Of a DNA stretch of 64,000 bases, positions 28,007 to 36,525 are shown in pieces. The stretch's first letter is position 1, and each line of letters starts with the position of its first letter. Source of the stretch: Rhodocyclaceae bacterium (GTDB taxonomy: Bacteria > Pseudomonadota > Gammaproteobacteria > Burkholderiales > Rhodocyclaceae); the NCBI GenBank assembly GCA_049295655.1, contig JBAQRB010000024.1:554-64553 (forward strand), read 5' to 3'. The position numbers were made by a program, and so were the translations under genes. The notes beneath the pieces are model-generated. The model was not told where the DNA came from, made no database searches, and worked only from the letters and a program-made list of their open reading frames with translations.

Positions 28007-30580
28007 ATGGAAGTCTCTCGCATCCGCGCCTTGCGCGGCCCCAACCTGTGGAGCCGGCACACGGCCATCGAAGCCATCGTCTCCTGCAGCGAAGCCGAAC
28101 GTGCGATTGGCGGCATCGCCGGTTTTGAAGCCCGCTTGCGCGAACGCTTCCCGGAAATCGCCGTCCTCCAGCCGGCCGGCCATGACGACGCGGTCAGCAT
28201 GGCGCATGTGCTGGAATTCGCGGCACTGGGGCTGCAGGCGCAGGCCGGCTGCCCGGTGACCTTCAGCCGCACGGCGCAAACGCTGGAGAGCGGCATCTAT
28301 CAGGTGATCGTCGAATACAGCGAGGAAGTCGTTGGCCGGCTCGCCTTCGAACTGGCACAGCAGTTGTGCCGTGCAGCGGTCGATGACAGCCCGTTCGATC
28401 TGGCCGACGCACTGTACCGCCTGCGCGAACTCGACGAGGACGTACGCCTCGGGCCGAGTACCGGCGCCATCGTTTACGCCGCCGTCGCGCGCGGCATCCC
28501 CTACCGCCGGCTGACCGAAGGCAGCATGGTTCAGTTCGGCTGGGGCAGCAGGCAGCGGCGCATCCAGGCCGCCGAAACCGACCAGACCAGCGCGGTCGCC
28601 GAAGCCATCGCGCAGGACAAGGAGCTGACCAAGATCCTGCTGCACGCCGCTGGCGTGCCCGTACCGACCGGACGACCAGTACTCAGTGCGGAAGACGCCT
28701 GGGCAGCCGCCTGCGAGATTGGCGGGCCGGTCGTCGTCAAGCCGCAGGACGGCAATCAGGGCAAGGGCATCTCGGTCAATCTCATGACGCGCGAGCAGGT
28801 CGAGTCGGCTTACGCCGCCGCCGTCGAGGTCAGCGACGACGTGCTCGTCGAACGCTTCCTTCCGGGCTACGATTACCGCGTGCTGGTGATCGGCAACAAG
28901 CTGATCGCCGCCGCCCGCCGCGAACCGCCGACGGTGGTCGGCGACGGCGTGCGCAGCGTGCGCGAGCTCGTCGAGCTGGTCAATAGCGACCCGAAGCGCG
29001 GCGAAGGCCATGCCACGTCGCTGACCAAAATCCGTTTCGACGACATCGCCCTCGCCCGCCTGGCAAACGAAGGGCTGACTGCCGATTCCGTTCCGGCCAA
29101 AGGGATGCGCGTCGTCCTGCGCAACAATGCCAATCTATCGACCGGCGGTACGGCCACCGACGTCACCGACGACGTGCACCCCGACTTTGCCGCGCGCGCC
29201 ATTGCTGCGGCGCAAACCATCGGTCTCGATATCGCTGGCGTCGACGTCGTCTGCGACAGCGTCCTGCGGCCACTCGAGGACCAGGGCGGCGGCATCGTCG
29301 AACTGAATGCTGCACCCGGCCTGCGCATGCACCTGCAGCCCTCGTTCGGCAAGGGACGCGCCGTCGGCGAGGCAATCATCGCCAACATGTTCGCCGATGG
29401 CGACGATGCGCGCATCCCGCTCGTCGCCGTCGCCGGCACCAACGGCAAGACCACGACCGTTCGCCTGATCGGCAGCATTCTCGGCCACCATGGCCTGCGC
29501 GTCGGGATGACCAGCACCGATGGCGTCTATATCGAGGGGCAGCGCATCGACACCGGCGATTGCAGCGGCCCGAAGAGCGCAAAGAATGTCCTGCTCCATC
29601 CCGACGTCGATGCGGCGGTCTTCGAGACCGCGCGCGGCGGCGTGCTGCGCGAAGGATTGGGCTTTGATCGCTGCGACGTTGCGGTAGTCACCAACATCGG
29701 CATGGGCGACCATCTCGGCCTGTCGTACATCAGCACGGTCGAGGACCTCTCGGTCGTCAAGCGGGTCATCGTCCAGAACGTCAAACCGGACACCGGTGTC
29801 GCCGTGCTCAACGCCGCCGATCCGATGGTCGTGTGCATGGCCAAGGCCTGCGCCGGCAAAGTCACCTTCTTCGCCTGCGACCGCAACCAGCCGGTGATGG
29901 CCATGCACCGGGCGCAGGGCAAACGCGTGGTTTACCTCGACGGCGATGCGATCATCGCTTCCGAGGGGGGCGTCGAACAGCGCATTGCACTGGCACAAAT
30001 TCCGGTCACCCAGAATGGCGCCATCGGCTTCCAGATCGAAAATGCCATGGCGGCGGTCGGCGCCGGCTGGGCGCTTGGTGTCGACTGGGCGACGATCCGA
30101 ACCGGCCTGGCCGGTTTCATGAACGACGCGCAAAGCGCACCGGGGCGCTTCAACCTGTTCAGTTACCGCGGCGCGACGCTGATCGCCGACTACGGCCACA
30201 ATCCCGATGCGATTCAAGCGCTGGTTGGCGCCATTGACAACCTGCCGGCCAAGCGGCGCTGCGTGGTGATCAGCGGCGCAGGGGACCGGCGCGACGAGGA
30301 CATCCGCCAGCAAACCGAGATCCTCGGCGACGCCTTTGACACGGTCGTTCTCTATCAGGATCAGTGCCAGCGTGGCCGCGCCGACGGTGAGGTGCTCGCC
30401 CTGCTGCGCGATGGACTGAAAAATGCCAAGCGCACCAGCGAAGTCAAGGAGATCACCGGCGAGTTCCTGGCCATCGACACGGCGCTCGCCAGCCTCCAGG
30501 CCGGCGATCTGTGCCTGATCCTGATCGATCAGGTCGAGGAAGCGCTGGCGCACATCGCCAGGCGGGTGGACGAAGGCTGA
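28007..30580 (+). CDS. cphA: cyanophycin synthetase (full length)
   Basis: ATP-grasp G domain and a complete Mur-ligase-like M domain (AGTNGKTTT; ETARGG; DYGHNP). ATG 28007 (MEVSRIRALRGPNLWS) aligns with the N-terminus of the paralogue; the ORF track starts at 27962. Confidence 0.9.
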   Translation: MEVSRIRALRGPNLWSRHTAIEAIVSCSEAERAIGGIAGFEARLRERFPEIAVLQPAGHDDAVSMAHVLEFAALGLQAQAGCPVTFSRTAQTLESGIYQVIVEYSEEVVGRLAFELAQQLCRAAVDDSPFDLADALYRLRELDEDVRLGPSTGAIVYAAVARGIPYRRLTEGSMVQFGWGSRQRRIQAAETDQTSAVAEAIAQDKELTKILLHAAGVPVPTGRPVLSAEDAWAAACEIGGPVVVKPQDGNQGKGISVNLMTREQVESAYAAAVEVSDDVLVERFLPGYDYRVLVIGNKLIAAARREPPTVVGDGVRSVRELVELVNSDPKRGEGHATSLTKIRFDDIALARLANEGLTADSVPAKGMRVVLRNNANLSTGGTATDVTDDVHPDFAARAIAAAQTIGLDIAGVDVVCDSVLRPLEDQGGGIVELNAAPGLRMHLQPSFGKGRAVGEAIIANMFADGDDARIPLVAVAGTNGKTTTVRLIGSILGHHGLRVGMTSTDGVYIEGQRIDTGDCSGPKSAKNVLLHPDVDAAVFETARGGVLREGLGFDRCDVAVVTNIGMGDHLGLSYISTVEDLSVVKRVIVQNVKPDTGVAVLNAADPMVVCMAKACAGKVTFFACDRNQPVMAMHRAQGKRVVYLDGDAIIASEGGVEQRIALAQIPVTQNGAIGFQIENAMAAVGAGWALGVDWATIRTGLAGFMNDAQSAPGRFNLFSYRGATLIADYGHNPDAIQALVGAIDNLPAKRRCVVISGAGDRRDEDIRQQTEILGDAFDTVVLYQDQCQRGRADGEVLALLRDGLKNAKRTSEVKEITGEFLAIDTALASLQAGDLCLILIDQVEEALAHIARRVDEG

Positions 30581-30702
30581 TTGACCGCGGCGACACGGCG
30601 TGCACGGCGAAGAACCTCGATTCTTCAGACGCGCAACAAGAGATACCAAAGCAATACAAGCCACTGGCTTTTCGCCGTGTACGCCGTGTCGCCGTGGTTA
30701 AC
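30581..30702. repeat. intergenic inverted-repeat element, sequence-variant copy (copy C)
   Basis: Left arm TTGACCGCGGCGACACGGCGTGCACGGCGAA (30581-30611). Right arm TTCGCCGTGTACGCCGTGTCGCCGTGGTTAAC (30671-30702). Same architecture and GTGGTTAAC end as copies A and B, but the 9-nt unit core is CACGGCG instead of CACAACG in both arms. Confidence 0.8.
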
Positions 30703-30714
30703 CGCTTTTTAAAA

Positions 30715-31755
30715 TCACTCCGCCGGCTGCCGAACCGGCAGCGTGATGCGGAAAGCGGTTCCCTTGCCCACCTCGCTGGACACCTCGATTCGCCCGTGGT
30801 GCTTCTGCACGATGCCATAGGACAGCGACAGGCCGAGCCCGGTCCCCTGCCCGATCGGCTTGGTGGTAAAAAATGGGTCAAAAATCTTCTGCATGTTTTC
30901 CGGTGGAATGCCGCAGCCATCGTCGGCGATTTCGATCCATACGGTGTCGTGATCGCCCATTCCGCTGCGCACGAAAATCTTGCCGCGCCGCTCGCTGCTC
31001 ATGGCGTGCGCCGAGTTGACCAGCAGGTTCATGAAAATCTGATTCAGTTGCGAGGCCATGCACTCGACCTGCGGAATATCGCCATATTCCTTGACGACGT
31101 CGGCCTTGTAACGGATTTCGTTGGCGACGATATTGAGCGTCGAATCGATGCCCTGATGCAGATCGGCCCAGAGATACTTCCCTTCGTCGGTATGCGAGAA
31201 GTCCTTCAGATCCTGAACGATCTTCTTCACCCGGTCGATGCCTTCTTTCGATTCGGCGAGGATCGCCAGCATGTCGGTTTTCAGGTAATCGACATCCAGC
31301 CGTCGACGGAGCTCGGCCAGCGCATCGCGTTCGGCCTGCGGCAAAGCGGCCTCCGCCGACTCGTAGGCAGCGATCAACTCGAGCAGGTCGCCGGCATAGT
31401 CGCCCAGCGTTGACAGGTTCGAATTGACGTAGCCAATCGGGTTGTTGATTTCGTGCGCCACCCCCGCCGCCAGCTGGCCGATCGACGCCATTTTCTCGGA
31501 TTGCAGCAACTGGTTGTGTGCCTGCTCGAGCTTGCCGATCAGTACGGTCTGCTCGTCTTTCTCGCGCAGCAGCGCTTCGTGGCGCTGCGTCAACTCGCTC
31601 GACATGATATCCAGCGAGCGCTCGACCAGCACTCTGTCGCTATCGGCCTTGCCGTAGGCTTCATTGACCGCGGCAATGAAGGCGTGCCAGTTCTCTGGAA
31701 TATCCTTGAGGGAACCAAAATTCCGCCGGATCTGGCGTTCAAGCAAGCGATGCAT
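30715..31755 (-). CDS. cytoplasmic histidine kinase (short N-terminus, HisKA + HATPase)
   Basis: H-box [23 protein letters not shown] and G-boxes [22 protein letters not shown] lies 7 nt upstream of ATG 31755. It is a paralogue of the kinases at 34099 and 37836. Confidence 0.85.
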   Translation of the reverse strand: MHRLLERQIRRNFGSLKDIPENWHAFIAAVNEAYGKADSDRVLVERSLDIMSSELTQRHEALLREKDEQTVLIGKLEQAHNQLLQSEKMASIGQLAAGVAHEINNPIGYVNSNLSTLGDYAGDLLELIAAYESAEAALPQAERDALAELRRRLDVDYLKTDMLAILAESKEGIDRVKKIVQDLKDFSHTDEGKYLWADLHQGIDSTLNIVANEIRYKADVVKEYGDIPQVECMASQLNQIFMNLLVNSAHAMSSERRGKIFVRSGMGDHDTVWIEIADDGCGIPPENMQKIFDPFFTTKPIGQGTGLGLSLSYGIVQKHHGRIEVSSEVGKGTAFRITLPVRQPAE

Positions 31756-31859
31756 TTTTTACTCCAGAAGTTTCGCGCCGTCAGTTTTCCGCCTCGCCAT
31801 GACAATCGCTGTTTTTTCAGTTACCGCCCGACTGCTCGCGCCGCGCCGGAGCGCGGCTC

Positions 31860-34091
31860 TTATTCCGGTTCCGGCCCGAGGACGCGGAGCACTTCCGCGA
31901 GGCTCGTCTCACCGAGCGAAACCTTCTTCCAGGCATCGACCCACAGCGATTCATGGCCACTCGAACGCGCGTGCGCGGCGATCTCCTTGATGCTGGCACT
32001 GCGCGCAATCAGGTCGCGCATGGCTTCATCCGGCAACAGTATTTCGTACAACCCGAGCCGGCCGCGGTAACCGCTGCCGGCGCATTCGGCGCAACCCAGC
32101 CCGACGAAGCTGGCGACCGGCTGGGAGCGGAAAAGTGGGCCGAGGCGCGCGGCTGCCGCGGCATCGAAGGCGATTTCATGGCGGCAGTGGCGGCAGATCC
32201 GGCGTACCAGCCGCTGCGCGATGACGCCCTCGAGCGCGCTGGCCACGATGAAGGGTTTCAGACCGAGATCGAGCAGGCGGGCAATCGTCGCCAGCGCCGA
32301 ATTGGTATGCAGCGTGGATAACACCTGATGGCCGGTCAACGCTGCGTGAAACGCCACCTCGGCCGTTTCGAAGTCGCGAATCTCGCCGATCAGCACGACA
32401 TCCGGATCCTGCCGCAGGATCGAGCGCAGCACCACCGGAAAGGATAGCCCGATCTTCTCGCGGACCAGCACCTGACCAGCCATGTCGAGGTAGTACTCGA
32501 CCGGATCCTCGATCGTGATGTAGTTCTTGGTGGGCGAAGCATTGGCCTGCAGCAATGAATACAGGGTGGTCGTCTTGCCGCTGCCAGTCGGCCCGGTGGC
32601 CAGCAGCAGGCCTTGCGGCTTGTCGACCATGGCCCGTACCTTGACCAACCCGTTCTCGCCGAAACCGAGCCCGGCCAGACTGAGTACCGCCGAATTACGG
32701 TCGAGGATGCGCATGACCACTTTTTCACCGTTGATCGTCGGCAGCGTCGAGATACGCAGATCGACGATGCGGACCGGCGACTTGACCGTAAGGCGCCCGT
32801 CCTGCGGCCGGCGGCGCTCCGAGATGTCGAGCTCGGCCATGATCTTCAGGCGGGAGACCAGCGGACTGTGCAGCGCGTGGGGAATGTGGATCTTGTCGTG
32901 CAGGACGCCATCGATACGCAGCCGCACCACGACGTTCTTGGTGCGCGGCTGGATGTGGATGTCGGATGCGCCGAGGCGCATGGCCTCGAGAATAATCGCG
33001 TTGGCCAGCCGGATGGCCGGCAGTTCGATGCACGAGGCCAGCAGTTCGTCGAGCGGCACGTTGTCCTCGTCGTCGATGACGATCTCGATGCCTTCGTAGG
33101 GATCGACGCTGCCGGCCAGGGTCTCGAGGTCGCGGATGTCGACGCCGTCGCTGTCGCCGTACACCTCGACAATTTTAGCGCGGATGGCCGCGGCGTCAGC
33201 CATCACTACCTTGAGGTCGAGTCCGGCGGTGAACCGGACATCGTCGATCAGGCCGGCGTCCATCGGGTCGGCGACCGCCAGCATCAGCCGGCGACCTTCG
33301 AGCTTGAGCGGCACGACCAGTTGTTTGTCGCAGAAGCTGCGCGGAATCAGCTCGGCGACGACGCTATCGACGCGAAATTCGCTGAGCGCCACTTCCTCGA
33401 CCAGCAGGTCTTCGCGCAAAATCTTGCGCAGCGACTTCTCGGCGACCCAGCCGCGATCGAGCAGCAGCTTGATCAGCGGCTCCTTGTGGATGCCCTGCAG
33501 GCGAGTCAGCTCCTGCAACTGCGCGCTGGACAGCAGATTCTTCTTGTGCAGCATCATGCCGAGCTGGCTGCGGTTGGAGACAGCGAGGCGCGAGAGCGCC
33601 GTGATCTCCTTCGACTTCTTGGCATTCTCGAGGCTGAGCGCCCGGTTCTTCTGCACCAGATCGAACTGCTCCAGCGCCAACGCGACCGTCACCCGCAGAT
33701 CATCGTCGTTCCACGGCTTGAGGATGAATTTGTAGACGGCGCCCTCGTTGACGGCGCCCATCACCGCCCCGGTGTCGGCATGGCCGGTGAGCATGATGCG
33801 CAGGGTATCCGGATGGCGGTGCTTGACCTCCTTGAGCAACTCGGCGCCGTTCATGCCGGGCATCATGTAGTCGCTGATCACGACATGGACCGGCGCCTCA
33901 GTCAGCCGCTCCAGCGCCTCCTTGCTGTCGCCGGCGGTGAGAACCTCATAAGCTTCGGAACGGAACGTACGGGTCAGCGCCTTGAGAATACCGGGCTCGT
34001 CGTCGACGATCAGGATGCGATAACGTTTCGCCGGCGCAGTCTCGTGCGGCGCGTCGCCTTGTCCGGTGAAATAGGCGGCGTAGTTGCTCAT
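31860..34091 (-). CDS. REC - T2SSE_N/MshEN-like - GspE/PilB-family secretion-type ATPase fusion
   Basis: N-terminal REC (ILIVDDEPGILKAL..VISDYMMPGMNG..FILKPWNDDDL). Central LGMMLHKKNLLSSAQLQELTRLQ-type repeats. Walker A GPTGSGKTTT, Walker B DPDVVLIGEIRD, His box LSTLHTNSA and tetra-Cys CRHC..CAEC. Confidence 0.9.
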   Translation of the reverse strand: MSNYAAYFTGQGDAPHETAPAKRYRILIVDDEPGILKALTRTFRSEAYEVLTAGDSKEALERLTEAPVHVVISDYMMPGMNGAELLKEVKHRHPDTLRIMLTGHADTGAVMGAVNEGAVYKFILKPWNDDDLRVTVALALEQFDLVQKNRALSLENAKKSKEITALSRLAVSNRSQLGMMLHKKNLLSSAQLQELTRLQGIHKEPLIKLLLDRGWVAEKSLRKILREDLLVEEVALSEFRVDSVVAELIPRSFCDKQLVVPLKLEGRRLMLAVADPMDAGLIDDVRFTAGLDLKVVMADAAAIRAKIVEVYGDSDGVDIRDLETLAGSVDPYEGIEIVIDDEDNVPLDELLASCIELPAIRLANAIILEAMRLGASDIHIQPRTKNVVVRLRIDGVLHDKIHIPHALHSPLVSRLKIMAELDISERRRPQDGRLTVKSPVRIVDLRISTLPTINGEKVVMRILDRNSAVLSLAGLGFGENGLVKVRAMVDKPQGLLLATGPTGSGKTTTLYSLLQANASPTKNYITIEDPVEYYLDMAGQVLVREKIGLSFPVVLRSILRQDPDVVLIGEIRDFETAEVAFHAALTGHQVLSTLHTNSALATIARLLDLGLKPFIVASALEGVIAQRLVRRICRHCRHEIAFDAAAAARLGPLFRSQPVASFVGLGCAECAGSGYRGRLGLYEILLPDEAMRDLIARSASIKEIAAHARSSGHESLWVDAWKKVSLGETSLAEVLRVLGPEPE

Positions 34092-34098
34092 TGTCCAC

Positions 34099-35292
34099 TC
34101 ATACAGGGAGTTCGATCATCACCGTCGTGCCACCTTCGATCGGATTGAGCACCGACAGCGAACCGCTGTGCGCGAGAATGATGTCGCGCGCCACCGTCAG
34201 CCCAAGTCCGCTGCCGCTACCCACCGCGCGGGTGGTAAAAAAAGGATCGAAGACTCGCGGCATCACGTCTTCCGGGATGCCCGGGCCGTTATCCGCAATG
34301 CGCACCGTGATCCGCTCGGCAGTCGCCCGCGTGCAAACGCTGACCCGACCCTGCTCGCCGACCGCCAGCAGGGCGTTCTGCAGGATATTGAGAAAGGCCT
34401 GGTTGAGGTGGCCGGGCAGGCACAGCAGGGGCGGCAGCGCGGCAAAATCGGCGTCGAGGGTCACACCAGCCGGTTTTTGCCCGCCGATCACCGAAAGCAG
34501 CGATTCGAGCTGCGCGTTGAGATCGACGATCTGCTCGTCGGGCTGGTCGATGCTGGAAAACCCCTTGAGATCCTTGACGATGCGCGCGATGCGATCGATT
34601 CCGGCGCGCGAATCCTTGAACAGTTCGGCAAAGTCATCGAGCGCGAAGTCGAGGTCAAGTGCCTTCCATGCCTCGGCAGGCACCGACGGGCGAAGCTCGG
34701 CAAAATCGGCGACGTAGCGCTCGGCCGACGACAGATTGCTGCTGATGAAACCGAGCGGATTGTTGATTTCGTGCGCCACACCGGCTGCCAGCTGACCGAT
34801 CGAGGCGAGGCGCTCGGCCTGATAGAGCTGGCGTTGCCGCTCGTCGATAATCACCAATTGCTCCTTGACCTTGGCATCGAGCGCTTCAGACAGTTCACGG
34901 TATCTCGTTTCAGAGGCTTTCAGCGCTGCGTTCTGCTGTTGCAGCTTGGCGTAGTCGGCGCGGATGGCCTCCATGTGCAGATCGGAAACCATGCGAAAGC
35001 GGGCGCGCGAGAGCAGCCCCCAGCGTACGGCGCGGGCGGCGGCGGCCAGCGCTTCGGGCGCGCAGGCGCAGGCGAGAAACCCCACCGGCTCGAGTTCCAG
35101 GATCAGCGGCGCGCGGAGCGTGCCGGCGAGAAGCGGGCTATCGGCACCGCCAAAGCGCACCCCACCCGCGTCGAGCACCGCCACCGGGCTGCCCAGCATG
35201 GCCTGCAGGGCCGTCGCCATCTCGTCGGCGTCCCGGATCGTGATCAGATCGTCGAGGATGAAGTCACGGTCGAAGGCGACGTCGCTGCTCAT
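34099..35292 (-). CDS. histidine kinase with uncharacterised ~150-aa N-terminal domain
   Basis: H-box [23 protein letters not shown] and G-boxes DNGPGIP..GSGSGLGL. ATG 35292 overlaps the stop of the upstream GTPase gene (ATGA); the ORF track starts at 35337. Confidence 0.85.
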   Translation of the reverse strand: MSSDVAFDRDFILDDLITIRDADEMATALQAMLGSPVAVLDAGGVRFGGADSPLLAGTLRAPLILELEPVGFLACACAPEALAAAARAVRWGLLSRARFRMVSDLHMEAIRADYAKLQQQNAALKASETRYRELSEALDAKVKEQLVIIDERQRQLYQAERLASIGQLAAGVAHEINNPLGFISSNLSSAERYVADFAELRPSVPAEAWKALDLDFALDDFAELFKDSRAGIDRIARIVKDLKGFSSIDQPDEQIVDLNAQLESLLSVIGGQKPAGVTLDADFAALPPLLCLPGHLNQAFLNILQNALLAVGEQGRVSVCTRATAERITVRIADNGPGIPEDVMPRVFDPFFTTRAVGSGSGLGLTVARDIILAHSGSLSVLNPIEGGTTVMIELPV

Positions 35293-35945
35293 GCGGGGGC
35301 TCCGCCGATCACTGCGGCGACGAAGCGGTCTTCGCACAGCCCGTGCTCACGGGCCAGGCCAAACTCGTCCGCGTAGCGTTGCCAGACGCCGTGGAGCAGC
35401 GCGGCGCAGGTTTCACGCACCCCCTGCCCCTGGACTGCCGCCGAAAATATCAGCGGCCACGGCGCCCCGGCGTAACGCTTGCGGATCTCGTCCTCGGGCA
35501 GGATGTCCTGCAGGTCGCGCTTGTTGAACTGGACAACGAGCGGCAAACGATCGAGGTCAAGGCCGACCCGCGCGAGGTTCTCGACGAGATTGTCGAACGC
35601 CTCGCCGTTATTGGTCGACTGCGTGCGCTGCGAATCGGCGACAAAAACCACGCCGTCGGCCCGCGACAACACCGCCTTGCGGGTGCCGTCATGCGCCACT
35701 TGCCCAGGCACCGTAAATAGACGAAAACGGATGGTCAGCCCCGACGAGGTACGAAAGCCGAGCGGTAGGAGGTCAAAAAACAGCGTACGGTCGTGCTGCG
35801 TCTCGAGCGTCATCAATTCCCCCTTCATTTCGGCGCCGACCAGATCGTGCAACTGCATCAGGTTGGTCGTCTTGCCGCTCTGCGCCGGCCCGTAATAGAC
35901 CAGTTTGAAGGTGAGGCGATTGGCCTCGCGCACAAGTTCCGGCAT
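35289..35945 (-). CDS. MglA-family Ras-like small GTPase
   Basis: Collinear with Myxococcus MglA as I recall it: KLVYYGPAQSGKTTNL (G1), DRTLFFDLLPL, LFTVPGQV (MglA-type G3), VVFVADSQ, QFNKRDL (G4). ATG 35945 shares 1 nt with the upstream stop (TGATG). Confidence 0.85.
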   Translation of the reverse strand: MPELVREANRLTFKLVYYGPAQSGKTTNLMQLHDLVGAEMKGELMTLETQHDRTLFFDLLPLGFRTSSGLTIRFRLFTVPGQVAHDGTRKAVLSRADGVVFVADSQRTQSTNNGEAFDNLVENLARVGLDLDRLPLVVQFNKRDLQDILPEDEIRKRYAGAPWPLIFSAAVQGQGVRETCAALLHGVWQRYADEFGLAREHGLCEDRFVAAVIGGAPA

Positions 35946-36523
35946 CAGGGCCGCTCCCGCGCCTGAACTTGTTCCTCGGCATCGAACAGGGACTCGTCGA
36001 GCAGAACCGAACCGTCCGGCCCCCATTTGACCTTGGTAATCCCCGGCTCGTCGGCTTCCAGACGCTGCATTTCGATTTCCTCGACGCTCATGTCGCCCTG
36101 CAGCAGGCGCGCCTCGTCGGCCAGACGGCGGTCTTCAAGGAGTTGCTCGTGCCGCGTCAAACCCAGCCTGACCGTGGCCACCAGATTGTCGTCGTCCCAC
36201 GGCTTGGTGAGATAGCGAAAAATTTCGGCCTCATTGAGCGCGCTCATCAGCGCATCGAAATCGGTCGATGCCGAAAGAATCAGGCGCACGCTATCCGGCT
36301 GCAACTGCCGTACTCTCTTCAAAAAGGTTACCCCATCCATCGGCGGCATGCGGAAGTCGGAGATGACCAGATCGAACATCGTGTTACCGAGCCGCTCAAG
36401 CGCCAAACGCGGGTCGTCGAACGTCTCGAGATGCAGATCTTCGCCGGCGAAGGCACGCTGCAGCGTGCGGCGCAACGCCCTGAGCACGTTGTTTTCGTCG
36501 TCTACGATCAGCATTCGTTTCAT
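35945..36523 (-). CDS. single-domain response regulator with ~70-aa acidic C-terminal tail
   Basis: REC (MLIVDDENNVLRAL..VISDFRMPPMDG..YLTKPWDDDNL). ATG 36523 lies 2 nt after the upstream stop; GTG 36529 is an alternative. Confidence 0.85.
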   Translation of the reverse strand: MKRMLIVDDENNVLRALRRTLQRAFAGEDLHLETFDDPRLALERLGNTMFDLVISDFRMPPMDGVTFLKRVRQLQPDSVRLILSASTDFDALMSALNEAEIFRYLTKPWDDDNLVATVRLGLTRHEQLLEDRRLADEARLLQGDMSVEEIEMQRLEADEPGITKVKWGPDGSVLLDESLFDAEEQVQARERP

Positions 36524-36525
36524 TT

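Noticed and set aside
31860-34091. I considered calling the region a type II secretion or type IV pilus locus because of the GspE/PilB-type ATPase.
   Set aside because: No GspF/PilC platform, pilins, prepilin peptidase, secretin or alignment-complex genes occur in the window. All neighbours are signalling proteins.
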